A DNA stretch of 64,000 nucleotides from Octopus sinensis (lineage: Eukaryota): assembly GCF_006345805.1 (NCBI RefSeq), contig NC_042999.1:139314001-139378000 (forward strand), in the 5' to 3' direction. Positions 38,722-52,151 of this stretch are shown one piece after another. The position numbers were made by a program, and so were the translations under genes. How positions within the stretch are numbered: position 1 is the stretch's first letter; each line of letters starts with the position of its first letter. The notes under the pieces are model-generated. The model had not been told where the DNA came from. It made no database searches and saw only the letters and a program-made list of their open reading frames with translations.

Positions 38722-39960
38722 TTAGGGTATCCTAAAGCTATGTATACATGTTTTAACAGCTGATAACTCACCTAATTTTAATTTCCTTTTAGCTTTAACC
38801 CATTAAAAATTATGAGGGGAGCCAGATTAAGCTTTGAACCAAAGAAATGTATCCTAATGTGTTACTGGAAGTTAGAAGGCTCAGTTGAAGTGCATAGACA
38901 GTTCAAGAGGATGTTTGAAATAGATCCACCTATGCAACTTTCTGTCACTTGAATTAAAGACAAGTTTGAAATTAGATGGAACTGATCAGAATGTCTACAA
39001 GAAGTGTTCTGAAGAACCCCAACAAAGTAGTAGAAACATATTGCTAGAGTTCAAGAGAATTTGTATGGCAAATGAGTTGTGAGATATGAATTTTGAAATC
39101 AAATGACCATTGTATTTTGAAGTACCATCATTGGAAAGTTACATTCCAAGAATAGTCCATGCTCTTAAAGATGATCTGGACTAAGAGTAGATGTTTTCTT
39201 AGCAGTACTAGGCAAGCTTTGTAGAATATGTTCCAGCAAAGATTGTTTGTAATGATATGACTATGGCTATGTTTAAATTAAGTGGCTCAATAAACTTCCA
39301 TAATCACACTTACTGGAGATCTGAGAATTTGTATATTATGTATGGTCATCATGTTAATTTATCAAGAGTTATAGTATGGTGTGACTTATCAGCAAAAAGT
39401 TTAGTTAGACCTTTTTTTTTTTTTGTGATGGTTCTGTGACTGGTACCATTTACTTGACAATCTGTCAGAGGAAACATTCAACTGGACTTTGAAAATGTGA
39501 AGCTTTATTTCCAACAAGATGGTGTACCCACTTATTACAATAATGATGTTAGGGCCTACATTAAGATGTTGAGTTCTGCTAAACAGGTGGATTGGATGAA
39601 GAGGTTCAGTAGAATACCTTCTGTCTGTGTTCAGCAGATCTCACAGCTCTAGACATTTTTTCCATGAGGATTCTTAAAAGATAAAGTTTCTGGTACAAAA
39701 CTGGCAATAGTCAACAAATTCAGAAGAAGAAAGTGCAGAAGCTCTGAATGAATATGTCTAGATGTTTTTGATTCCATTACTTCACACTATCAGCAATGTC
39801 TGGACTAGAATGGTTATCAGTTTGAAAATAGGCATTCATAAAAAAATTTAAATTCTGTATGTAGTTGTAGATTCTATTCAATTTTGAATGTGAAATGCTT
39901 TTGTATAAATACTTACTTTATAATCATTCAATGTATATATACATTTTGTGGGGACATCCT
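38722..39960 (+). mobile_element. Old rosa-type Tc1/mariner element in COMMD10 intron 6
   Basis: FKLSGSINFHNHTYW..VIVWCDLS..RPFFF and FQQDG peptides; degenerate TIRs AGGGTATCC / GGGACATCCT. Confidence 0.7.
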
Positions 39961-40349
39961 AAAATACTACAGTTTTGTTGTGTTTATCAGCATACATTCA
40001 TTAAGAATATGATATTGATAATGCTTACATTACTGAGCTGCTTCTAACACAAAACTTGGATATATATATACATACATACATATATATATAATCTTATTAT
40101 TGATTATACATTTTAACATGAATTTGCTATCCTGGAAAATCTCTGGATAATTGTCATGGTAAAAGACAGCTACTTATTTGAAAAATCCCCATTGAGCTCA
40201 AAGGATATACCGAATATATGATTGTGTCTTACTATCTGATGAATATTCAGAGATTTTTGTTCTGGTTTTGAAACTTTGTCACAATATATAATCTCTAAAA
40301 GCTTCATATCATTCTGATTATAACTTGTCATTCTCACTCTCTTTTTCAG

Positions 40350-40409
40350 AACGCTGAAAAACTACAATTAGAATTTTCACACCAGGAACTGTATAATTTC
40401 TATAACCAG
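40350..40409 (+). CDS. COMMD10: COMMD10 coding exon 7 (NAEKLQLEFSHQELYNFYNQ)
   Basis: CAG acceptor, GT donor, 60 nt; matches EKVLVEFSHKELFDFYNK. Confidence 0.95.
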
Positions 40410-40522
40410 GTCTGTTAATAGATTTTTTTTTTCCCATTGAAATAAATATATTGTGTATACTTGGGAATTAGTTTTGTACCTTATGGACTGCTTTTACAAA
40501 TCTGTACCCCGGTATTATTAGA

Positions 40523-40565
40523 GTTCTAATGCTTCTATTAGCTCAGCTAATAGAAGCATTAGAAC
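40523..40565. repeat. Perfect 43-bp palindrome (21-bp arms, 1-nt centre)
   Basis: GTTCTAATGCTTCTATTAGCT-C-AGCTAATAGAAGCATTAGAAC. Confidence 0.95.
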
Positions 40566-40589
40566 ATTAACTTGACTGTTATTTAGTAT

Positions 40590-41500
40590 CTCCATGTGCA
40601 AGGTGCATTGCAGAAGTTTTGAGACTTTTTCATGAGAGACATTTATTTCAAAGAAGTACAAGACTCTAATCTTCTTTGAAGTACAATTCTCTGACTTCAA
40701 TGCACTTGTAGCATTCCAGTCACTTTAACAAGGTTCTATGAAGTTTTTCTAAATGAAGGTGTCCAGGACCCTTGTCACAGCTTCTTTCATCATCTCCTTC
40801 AGCTTGGGGACAGTTTTGAAGTCACAGGGAGCAGATTGAGGGACAGTTTTGAAGTTCAGTTTTGTCAAGTAGTTGGTTACCAAGATGGTATTGTGGATTG
40901 GTGCATTGTCCTGGTATAAGTGTTCTAGCCTTTAGTGATGAAATTTCTTCCTAAACTCCTCAAAACCTCTACAACGTAGTATTTGTTGACCGTCTTGCCA
41001 GAGAGAACTCAGTGGATGTAGATGATACACTTGCTGTCAAAAAAAAAAAAAGGATTATCTTGAGATTTCCTGGTGACTTGCTTTGCCTGCTTCCTTATGC
41101 CAGCAAAAAATAGTTGCTTGGCAGATTCAAGTGAATCCATAATCACTCTGAATCATTCCATAAGTTTCAGTAGTGTTTTTACCCAGTTTAACAAAGCTTT
41201 ATTGCATAGCAAGCTTCCAAATTGTCATCATGTCCTGAAAACTAGTCAGCTGTGACAAGCAGTATGTAGTAGATTGTGTTCAAAGTGCTGTTACTCCCAT
41301 CTCATTCAATTTGGAATAATGAAAGTTAACAGGCCAGCTTTTTTGATGTATAGTAATGATATACTAAAATTACAATAATCTTGGGCTGTTAGAACTGCTT
41401 CTAAACTTCCAGAATGCACCTTGCAACGTCTGTAAGTCTTGTCTGCTGGTGCCAAAGTTTAAAGTTTTTATTGATAGTAAGTGCATCCAGGCGTAGAAAC
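40590..41500 (-). mobile_element. Old mariner relic in COMMD10 intron 7
   Basis: Minus strand YQDNAPIHNTILVTNYLTKL and other fragments; heavily degenerate. Confidence 0.55.
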
Positions 41501-42149
41501 CATGCCAAAAAATGGAGTGTTTAAGTCAGATGTGCCCCTGACTGTTTAGGAGGGCAGTAGTTCCAAATAAGAACAATATAATAGCAATAAGTTCACCATT
41601 ATTATAAATCCCTTGTTCTTTCTCTTACATTTGAATTTCATATTCTGCCAGGGCTGCATTTTTAATCCAGCCTTTCATACGAGATAAAATTCATAGTAAT
41701 CATTTATCTACTAGGGTTAATTCTGTTGACTGTAAGTATGTGAATATTAGGCCAATAGGAAAAAAAAAAAATTATTATCCTAACTTATTTTGTAAGACCT
41801 TTATATCTTTAAATTTTTCTAAAGTTATTAGCATTGGATGATATCAAACTAGGACATAACAAAACTTTAAGCTCTGAATGTAGAAGACAACACTAAATAT
41901 TAAAAGAATCTAAATCAATAATTGAAGGATTTCAAGTGATGTATGTGATATAGAGGGTCACACATGAAGCTGTCTAGTTTGAGACTACATCCATGCCCAG
42001 GCTTTCACCAGGGGTTACCCTCTCTACATTTCACTAGATATTCTTTTTTATTCTTTTCTTTGTTTCAGTCATTTTGACTGCTGTCATGCTGTACACTAAA
42101 AAACTAAACTGACTGAACAACTTACCCTCCTCTTTTTTAACATCTTTGG

Positions 42150-42880
42150 ACTTTATACCAATTTTGACCCTTTATATCACCTCTTACTAACATGCAAACC
42201 AGTGAATGATACATTTCCTGCCATTGTATGTAGTCCATCTCTGCTCATTACTTGAACTTCACTCCAAAAGATGTCGCTTGCACACATGCAAATTTCACTC
42301 TTCATGCCTCTCGTCTCTATTTACATGGATGTCAGCAATATTGACTTATAGTTAAACTGGTTTCCAATTACTTTCTTTCACATTCTTTGACTCCTTGAAT
42401 CATAAATAACTCTTTGACCATATCTCTTCTTGCATTAAATGCCTATCCTCAACATGATAAAGACTGCATCTCAAATACTGTTCTTTGTTTTTACAGTCAG
42501 AAAATGATTCAGTCCTCCCTAACTGCTAACACTTTTACAACACATAGGTGAGACCTAGACAAGAGTACTGCTACCACATCTGGAACAATGCTGCTACTAT
42601 GTGCACACATGCAAAGAAAGGCCACTACATTGAATGGCATCCATACTCATGCCTATACGAATACAGTTGCTCCTTCTTTTCTACTATTACTACAATGGCC
42701 TCTGCTTTTTGGAGCTGGTTGGCTTCATGTCACTTATACTCAGCTGCTCTTGAGTCACATTCCTTCTCTTTTAAGAATCATGTGACCAACTTCCCAGGCC
42801 CCACACTAATCACTGAGTTCACTCTTTTCTTCTAAAGTCATTGGTCTTTTGGAATCCTGTCTCTGTGCATATCTTTTCTG
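42150..42880 (+). mobile_element. CR1/L2-like LINE ORF2 3' relic
   Basis: RPRQEYCYHIW..CSFFSTITTMASA resembles the RP.MEYC.HIW..LFY.YY.G.CS region. Confidence 0.45.
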
Positions 42881-43352
42881 TAGTTATCAACTTGCAACAA
42901 TTTAAGCAAAACATTAACAGTATGACTTCACCAGTCTTGGAGGGCCTGCAAATGCTGTGGATCAAACTAATAAATTAAAAAAAAAACTCTCCTTAACTGT
43001 ATCTTGGAAAGATAGAAATCTTTTAACTATCACATCTATATGATACAAATCATCCATAACACTGGGATTCTGTTGACTCAGAATCTAGATTATGCTGTAT
43101 ATAAGACATTAGTCTATAGCTGACAATGTTCCTTAAAAGATCCCATACCTATTTGCAGATGTTAAAGATACTAAAGTATGTGAAATCAGGTGTCCTGTTA
43201 CAAAGAGAACAATGAAATTCTTGAAAGAGATATGACTTCCTCACTCTCCAACAAGAAGTTTGATATCTCATCCAGTTATTTTCCCTATAAACCAAGTTTA
43301 TCAAATGCTAATATTGCTTTATTAATTTGTTTTCCATTTTGTTATTTTTCAG

Positions 43353-43391
43353 CTTGAAACCATACAGAAACAGTTAGATAACCTTGATTGA
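43353..43391 (+). CDS. COMMD10: COMMD10 final coding exon (LETIQKQLDNLD*)
   Basis: Polypyrimidine tract plus CAG acceptor; matches LETIQAQLDSLT; TGA at 43389-43391; spliced product 198 aa. Confidence 0.95.
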   Translation, partial: LETIQKQLDNLD

Positions 43392-44574
43392 TTGGCATTC
43401 CAGCACAAAATATTTATAACCCATTGATGGCAGTTGAACCAAATTGCCAGACAGAATAAGGGGCTCTTTGTTAGTTTGTTTTTCTCTTTTGATGTGAGAA
43501 AATTGCCTTCAGTCTGAGGTAAAGCATAAAAGAGAAAATACTGTGTCTTTAAAAGAAAATGTCAGCTCATTTGGTATACATATTTATCGTTACTCTATAC
43601 AAGAATTAAGTATTAATAGCAAACCACAATGCACTAAATACATCACCCAATCTAGTTGTAAATTCTGTTGTCTGAGTTACATGTTTTAAAAACTACAGCT
43701 GCAGACAGCTTCTGTAGGCAGTTGCTACCAACTAATCTTTTCTGCTGTATAGTTAAATATCATAGATTCACACAGATGCTTTAGACTACATCCAAGTAAA
43801 ACAAATCACTCAGCTGATACACAAACCTATACTCATTAGCAGACTGCTCAACATTTGCCTGCCATCAAGCTGTCTTCCATTTGTCTGCTGTTCCTTACTT
43901 TTGCTAATCAATGCCACTAAGTGTGTCTGTTTCCATCCCTTGCATCTATGACAGTTGTCTTCTCTCTCAGACTTGATGCTATAGGGTTTCTACCTTAATT
44001 TTCAAAACTTCATATCTCTTGAAGTGCCTTGTCTAGAAGACCCATTTTGTCTACCAATTGTTCTGAAATAATCCAGAGTGTTTCAGAACCAGTGCACCAC
44101 ACCTGGTTATCCCTATCCAGTGTTTCAGAAAGTTATGGTTGCTACCCACCTCAGACACCTTTTCTCTATATTAATATTTTATTTCCAGTGACAGTAGTTC
44201 TTGGTAGACTACATGATTGATAGGTGGATATATATTCATGCATTTAGGTGAGAGTTTTCAGTTGGTTACTTTAGCTGGTAAAAGCTCTTATACTGCTCAC
44301 TTGAGAAAATGCACATGGGTGAATGTGTTTGTAAGAAAACAAAATCAAGCTAACTTTAGTATTATAGCTAGTGGTACTGGTTTCAACATATCTAGGTATA
44401 CTAGTAACATATAGAGCTATTAAACTACCATCTGTATAATATTAACTGTGTGCAATTTCCATACTAAGAAGAAAGTGCTGGATTCTTAACACACTGTTCT
44501 TAAGAAACTGTATAAAACTTTAAAGACCTCCTATTATCATTAGCAAACATTGAAGCAACAGGGAAACCTTAGAT

Positions 44575-44826
44575 CAGTGGTTCTTGATCAGGATCCATAT
44601 GGCCCCTGGAGGTCCATATAGGGTTTTGTTGTTAAAATTTATGTGCAATACATTGGTTATTCTTCTACAACACAATATATTTTAACAGTTTTTTTCATAT
44701 AGTCCCTAATAATATTTAATGATCAAAATATGAAATTTTTTAAATACCGAATGTCTAGGAGGGTCCATCCAAGTAAAATAGCAATCAAAAGGGTCCCAAG
44801 GTAAAAAAAATAGTTGACAAACACTG
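44575..44826. mobile_element. hAT (Charlie-like) MITE
   Basis: CAGTGGTT...AAACACTG termini; imperfect 8-bp TSD CCTTAGAT/CTCTAGAT. Confidence 0.7.
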
Positions 44827-46115
44827 CTCTAGATCATCACTCAACATGATAGAAATAGGAACCAAATTTTCTTTAAGTCATACCCTACATTTTATAAGAA
44901 AAAACAAATAAGAATATGATTATGTTGGACAATGTAGTATTAGACTCTTGAATACCGAAAAAAACTTTAAAAATGTAAGATTGGTTGGTTGAGGTTGAAA
45001 TGCTTTTGATCGTAGGTTTGCACAATCAGTCTGGTTTGTTAAAAAAAAAAGACACCAGAGCTAATGTGCGTGCGTGCACACACACATCTGTAGCAGCGTC
45101 CGTATTTGGTGATATGTTCTATACTACAACACTAATTTCTTAGAAAACCAATTTCCCAGACAAAATTTTGACTCCTATTTGGGGCCACTTTACTGATGCA
45201 TGTTAACAAATGCTTTTAAAACAAATCAGGAATGTTTGCTATTTCCTGTCTACTACAAATGTATAAACCAATAAGATTCCCAAGTATGTATATACATATT
45301 ATTTTTATAATAAATTTCAGCAAAAAGTTGTATCTTGTTCTTTTTCTCAATATTTTTGCTTTTGTTTTATATATCTCTTACAATGTTCTGTTGGATTCGT
45401 GCTTCCAAATTTACCAATTCACGTTTTTTATGGCTCAGTCAGTAATGGCATCATTTAATGTCTGTTTTCGATACAACCATGGGTTGGATGGTTTTGCAGG
45501 ATTCAGCTAGTCACAAGGCTGCATTGAATTCCATTGTAAGCTTCGTCATAGTTGCTGGATGCCCTATTTAATGCCAACTTTACAGTAACTTTCACGACAG
45601 GTAAAGAACAAAAAAAAGAAGCCCCCTCAATTAAGTGGGTGAGTATTTAAGAGGGGATGGAGGTGGATAGAGGGACAAATGCAGGTGTCTTGTTATAGGG
45701 AACAAGTGTAGGTGTTTTGCTATAAGGAAGATACATGGTTGCTTCATATAAGGGTGAGTGAGAATAGCTGAGAAGAAAAGAAAGTAATAGGATGCCAGAA
45801 CAAACTCAAGGAGTGAGTGGCAGATACAAAAGGGTGTTGAGAATGATGGCAGATATAAGATTTGAGGGAAGGGAGATGAATGAACAGGAAGAAGGTGATT
45901 GGTGGGGAAGATGACTGGTAACAGATGGGAGTAAAAAATTGAGGATGTAATATGTGCTTAGGAGGGAAGGGTGTTAAGGGGATGTTGGGAATGCATGAGA
46001 GAGCTGAATGGGTGTAACAGGATCCAGCACGTACAAAAATAGACAAAATGTTTTCAGGACCACTTTTGCTGTGATGGACAAAGCAAATCAATCAATATAT
46101 ATATATATATATATA

Positions 46116-46502
46116 GGCACAGGAGTGGCTGTGTGGTAAGTAGCTTGCTAACCAACCACGTGGTTCCGGGTTCAGTCCCACTGTGTGGCATCTTGGGCAA
46201 GTGTCTTCTGCTTTAGCCTCGGGCCGACCAAAGCCTTGTGAGTGGATTTGGTAGATGGAAACTGATAGAAGCCCGTCGTATATATGTATATATATATATA
46301 TGTGCGAGTGTGTGTTTGTCCCCCTAACATTGCCTGACAATGCTGGTGTGTTTATATCCCCGTTACTTAGCGGTTCGGCAAAAAGAGACCGATAGAATAA
46401 GTACTGGGCTTACAAAAGAATAAGTCCCGGGGGTCGAGTTGCTTGATTAAAGGCGGTGCTCCAGCATGGCCGCAGTCAAATGACTGAAACAAGTAAAAGA
46501 GT
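46116..46502 (+). mobile_element. SINE family B
   Basis: Near-consensus full copy flanked by (TA)n on both sides. Confidence 0.92.
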
Positions 46503-46924
46503 ATATATATATATATATATATATAAAATCTGAAGGACTGTTGTAATAAGTGTATGAATCTGTGATGGGAATATGCTGAATAAAATCATAATCTACTGAT
46601 TTTTCTGTATTTTTTCTTTTCCCCAGAGTTAAAAACTTTTCAGCAACCCCTTATACGTACATACATACAAGCATTATTAGGACTCCTACCTTCAGAAAAA
46701 CTTTATGTGGAGGAGTACCAGGTGGCTCAAGAGAATTAAGGAAATCTGTTGTGTAATGGACAGCTTGATTTTCATCAAGGACTGAATCAGCTGATTTGTA
46801 CTACTTAATGGACTGTTGGAATCTTATTCATTAATTCATGATTAATCCTTGCTACTTGCTCCATTTTTGGAGCAAGAATTACCCTTTCACACAACCATTT
46901 ATGTGAATTATAATAATTACTTAA

Positions 46925-47155
46925 GTCTGGAAATACCCCACCATGATAGCAATATGAGCCAAACCGATATTACCATTCCCATCAAATGGTACTTCCCCAT
47001 TTCCTAATTGGAGTGGCCAGGTTGAAAACTGTTCTGCACATTGGACCCCTTGTAATAAAACTTTCAAGTTAGTATTGAAGAATTTCTGTACTTTATTCCA
47101 AAGGTATGAAGACTTAATGAATGCTTTTATTTCATCAGGTACCGTATATAATTTC
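46925..47155 (-). mobile_element. Helitron helicase relic
   Basis: DEIKAFIKSSYLWNKVQKF..AEQFSTWPLQLGNGEVPFDGNGNI; overlaps the helicase region seen at 1090-1250. Confidence 0.75.
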
Positions 47156-49512
47156 ATATTAAATCCTAATGCTCTTTACCTAAGAATTAAAATAAATATA
47201 ATTACAGAATGAATAACAAAGCAGAAAGTACCCGATTTTAAGAAATAGTTGTATATATATGAAGTAGAATTGTTAATGTGAAAAAGCTTTCCATACACGA
47301 GTTATATATAAACAAAAAAAAAACTTGGTCAAAGGGACTTAACTCTTAGTTAAGGGAGAGAAATCTTGTTAAACGGTTACTAAGTTTCGATACACAAGGT
47401 ATCTGAAGCATTCAATGCTATTTTTATGAGAAAAGGAATTCACCAAATTAGACAAATTTTTACATTGTCGCATTTTATATATTCTCTAATAAAGAATGGT
47501 AAAAAATAATTATATTTGTAATAGTTATACATTTCAGTGCAAAATCTACTTCGCCGCTTTAGAAACTCTTCATAGAAAAAGTTAAGTGAAATATGTGTTT
47601 ATTCCATGATAGCAGCAGACGTAAGCTGTTAAAATTATTAATTGGGTGGCATTTCATTATAAAACTATATAAATCCTCGAAGAAAGAACAAAAGCAGAAT
47701 GTTTGCAGTTACGGATCGCTGGCAGCTACTTCCATATAACCCCTTACAAGAACGGCGATATATTAACCTGGCAGTCTTCGTCTTATAATTTTAAATGTCT
47801 TCTTAATTTAACTTATTAATTAACCATTGAATGTAATATTTAAAACTTTTCTTTCTGAAATTAAAAGAAAGTTGATCACCTTTATACAATCAAAATCTTA
47901 GGAACGTAAAATTTGACTTTATTTTCTACGACTGTGGACACAACCTATGAAGTGAACATCGCTTGTCTTGCCACATATTTTTTAATTAACATTTCGACGC
48001 TCTCTGCATTAATTAAAGTAGGACTAAAATAACTATAGATTTCCTTAAAAGAGAATCAAGACATGATATGCATTAAAAGAAATATTTTGATATGTATATA
48101 TATATATTTACTAAGAAAATTGTTATGCACCGTTAGATTTCTAAGGGAGATAATTCTATTTTCAAGTGGAACCGGAGTTCAGCCGATCCTACCATAACAG
48201 TGTCTCGATATTATATGAAATATATTTAAATTAGCAAATATCTTAGAGGAACAGAAACCCTTTGGAGTGTTTGGACTAAGAACTGTGTTTCGATTTTTTA
48301 TTCTAGTTTTCTTTATTCTCACCATTTAACACTTTTGATTGCTTTACCATGTTCGCTGAATAACCTGTTTCAATTACTGCTGGAAGTAACAATAGGATTA
48401 GATACGATGCATTTTGTTACAATTCATTTCAGCATTTAATGTCCTCCTTCCATGTTGGCAGGGTTGGATGGTTTGACAGGAGCTTGAAAGTCAGAAGACT
48501 GCACCATGTTCTACTGTCAGCTTTGACTGGATCTCATTTCTAACACCAATCACTTTACAAAGTGTACTGGATGCTCTTTACATGGCACCAACAGCAGCAG
48601 GGTCAACAAATAACTTGCAAGACAAAACCCCTAACCCATGCATTATATGGGTTTCATTGAGGATAGAATATAGTTGATATGATCAGAGATGCACAGCATT
48701 TCATAGCAATGTGGTAGCAGTATCAAAGTGAGGGTAGTAATTAAGATATAAGTTCAGACAAGAATTTCAGATATAAAAATAGAGGTTGTTTTAATATCAG
48801 ATATCAAATTTTTGCAGAAAGCCAGCAGTTTTGTGGGAGGGGTTAAGTTGATTACATCAACCCCAGTGACATTTGAACTAAGGCAGATGGAACGCCACTA
48901 AACATTTTGCCGTGTGTGCCAATGAGTCTGCCAGATTGCTGATATTCAATATTCAATTAACATTAGATATTATAAATGCAAATTAAAAAAAAGACTAAAA
49001 CCACACAATTTTGCTTACTGGACAACCACATTATTAATTTTATTATGCTGTGTCAGTCAGTTGTTTTTTCAAGTCATGTACTATAAACGCTTTTTTTCTT
49101 TTTGCCTCTCATTGTGCAGTCCTTAGTCACAGGCATTCCGTCTATGACCATGCTATTTTTTTGTCTTTATTTAGACTGTTTTGTTTAATGTGTCCTTCCT
49201 TTTTTAAGGTGATTGAATGCTATAAAATGAGATCCAATCAAAGCAGACAGTAGAGCATGATGCAGTCTTCTGACTGGCAAGCTCCTGTCAAGCCATCCAA
49301 CCCTGCCAACATGGAAGGAGGACAGTAAATGCTGATATATTTTTTTCCCCATGTTTTACAGTTGTTTTTCAGAGGAGTTGTTGGATCAAGTTCTTCAAGT
49401 ATTTGGATGTCTTGTTTTCTAATTCAATTCTAAATCAGAATAGCTTTAGCATTTTTTGCTAAGTTGGTGTAATTCAATTTGCAAAATAAAATGCTTAAAC
49501 AATTTCATAGAG

Positions 49513-49982
49513 ACATTATTTACATTTGACGGATATTTGTCCTCATCTTGTTTGTTGTTAACACGTTTCGGCTCAAGTGTCTTGAGGAAATTTTGAACCT
49601 GGATTCTTATTCCTAAGGTTTTTTTGATGTTGTTGCTATTATTATCATTATTCAGGTCACTGCCTGAAATTGAACTTGGAATTTTAGGGTTAGTAGCCTG
49701 TGCTCTTAACCACTACGCCATATGCCCGTGGGCATAGTGGTTAAGATCGTGGTCTACTAATCCTAAGATTCTGAGTTCGATTCCAAGCAGTGACCTGAAT
49801 AATAATAATAACATCGAAAAATACCTTAGGAATGAGAACCCAGGTTCAAAATTTCCCCAAGACACCTGAAGGCTGGAGAGTATATTAGCCGAAAAGTTGT
49901 GTTAACAACAAACAAGATGAGGACAAATATCTGTCAAATGTAAATAATGTACGTAATTCCTCATCTCTTAAATATAGAACTG
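49513..49982. mobile_element. Non-coding palindromic Penelope pseudo-LTR dimer with tRNA-like heads and 12-bp TSD
   Basis: Two inverted copies of the pLTR seen at 8305-9300 meet at GCCCGTGGGC (49724-49733). B box GTTCGATTCC at 49775-49784. AATTTCATAGAG at 49501-49512 and 49983-49994. Confidence 0.9.
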
Positions 49983-50059
49983 AATTTCATAGAGGCTATT
50001 TAACTTGCTCAACTGGTAATTTGTCAGGCACTTGAAGAAGAGGAGCACTCTATCGGTTA

Positions 50060-50354
50060 TGACGATGAAGGTCCCAGCTGATATGATCAACAGAACTGCT
50101 TGCTCGTGAAATTAATGTGCAAGGGGCTGAGCATGCTACAAACATATATACCCTTAACGTAGTTCTCAGGGAGATTCAGAGTGACAAAGCTGGCCCTTTG
50201 AAATAAAAGGTACTACTCATTTTTAGCAGATGAATGGACTAGAGCAATGTGAAATAAAGTGTTTTGCTCAAGGACACAACACGTCACTGGGAATTGAACT
50301 CATGATCTTACGACTGTGAGCCGAATGCCCTAACCACTAAGCCACATGCCTTCA
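50060..50354 (-). mobile_element. tRNA-derived CORE-like SINE family D
   Basis: Reverse complement matches the copy at 60349-60650 (head GAAGGCATGTGGCTTAGTGGTTAG, GTGTCCTTGAGCAA core). Confidence 0.75.
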
Positions 50355-50600
50355 CTGACAGCAAGAGTGAGACTTGGCTGGGTGAAGTTCAGGTAATGCG
50401 GAGAGTTGTTATATGGGTAAAGGTCTTCGCTGAAGATGAAAGGAAGGGTCTATAGGAGTTGTGTGAGAGCGGCAATGCCATATGGGAGTGAGATATGGTA
50501 TCTGAGGGAGAGAGATATGGCAATTTTGAGAAGGACTAAGAGAGCAATGGTGAGAGAAATGTATAGTGTGAAGCTGTTTGATAAGAGGAGGACTGAGGAA
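50355..50600 (+). mobile_element. RTE/BovB-like LINE fragment
   Basis: LKMKGRVYRSCVRAAMPYGSEIW..ILRRTKRAMVR, the post-RT region of RTE elements. Confidence 0.8.
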
Positions 50601-51759
50601 GATCTGGCCACCCCCATTATCAGGGACAAAACCCAGATTTAAAACACTGGATGATGGATATATATTTGTATATATTAGAATAAGAAATAGACAGTCCTTG
50701 ATACAGTATTTATTTATTTGGAAAAATAAATAGAAATCGCTTTTCTGATAATTTTCCCACTCTATTAATTGGAGGCTTATATGTTGTCAGGTATTTGTAA
50801 ACCTCTAATAACTTATAAACATCTAATTATTAAAGTGGAACAATTATCAGAAAAGCCATTTCTATTCACTTTTCAAATATATATATATATCTGTGCATAC
50901 TCTCGGAGTAGTTGGCATTAGGAAGGGCATCCAGCTGTAGAAACTTTGCCAGATCAGATTGGAGCTTGGTGCAGCTATCTGGACCACCAGACCTCAGTCA
51001 AATCGTCCAACCCATGCTAGCACGGAAAGCAGACGTTAAACGATGATGATGATGTGTTTGGCCACTATGAAGGTTTGTTTACATCCTTGTAATTTAGCAG
51101 CTCATCAAGATACTAATAGAAAAAGTATTAGGCGTAAAAGAAAAACAATTCTGATGAATAGCAAAGTCAACCTTGCTAGAATTTGATAAGTTTGATTAAA
51201 CCCTTCAAAGCGGTGCCCCAGCATGTCCACATGAAATGAGTAGTAAGTGAAAGATAATGTCTGATATCATTTGCAAATTACTGCTATTATTATACAATTT
51301 AGCTAAATCTTTAGGTCCATTTATCCAACTTTGTATGGATCATATATGTTTGAAACTTGATATTTCCAGCAGCTGATTTCATTAGTTGGATTCCAAATTA
51401 AGCTATCTCATACATAATGTAACCTTTAATTTTGACAGCTAAACTTTTGTAATATAATTCAATCATTCTTACTCTTTTTATTTTACTACACTTGAGAATA
51501 ATGCTATCTAGCAATTTTCATTCTGATATTTTCATTAAATTTCTTGCATTATGAATAAATACTGAACTTTGCACAGTCATGAAGCATAGTTGTAGTCTAA
51601 TTAAATTTTTTAGCAATATAATTGCTACTTTAAATTTTTGCATTAACACTATATTTGCCACTATTGTGGTATATTACAGCTGTCTTCAGTTACTAATGCT
51701 TATGCAGTGAAACAGGCTAATTAATATTGGTTTCATATATTGGTACAAGGTCAGCAATT

Positions 51760-51940
51760 GTGGGGGTAGGGGGCCAGTTGATTACATCAACCTCAGTGCT
51801 CAACTGGTACTTATTTCATCGACCCTGAAAACATGAATAGCAAAGTCAACCTTGCCAGAATTTGAACTCAGAACGTAAAGACAGATGAAATACTGCTAAG
51901 CATTTTGCTCGGCATGCTAATGATTCTGCCAGCTTGATGC
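51760..51940 (-). mobile_element. SINE family A (diverged)
   Basis: Reverse complement of head and core. Confidence 0.75.
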
Positions 51941-52151
51941 CTTTGATGGTAGTATCACTCAGTCATCTCTGCACAAAATTGATTGAACAAAACTACAGCT
52001 ATGCTCACATATCAAGAAAACAGATAGGGCTGTATGGTACATAAGACTTTCTCAACTGTTAGAATTGCGGTCCCAGCTCACATGTAGTAAAATTACAAGT
52101 AAATGAGAGACCCTCAACTAAAAACATGAGATACACAGGACATTTTAAATA

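Noticed and set aside
47760-47774. U1 snRNA-like start ATATTAACCTGGCAG
   Set aside because: The match is limited to about 12 nt; no stem-loops or Sm site follow.
49727-49800. Functional tRNA gene
   Set aside because: The acceptor stem is mismatched and the sequence is embedded in a repeat; treated as a tRNA-derived head, as are the SINE A, B and D heads.
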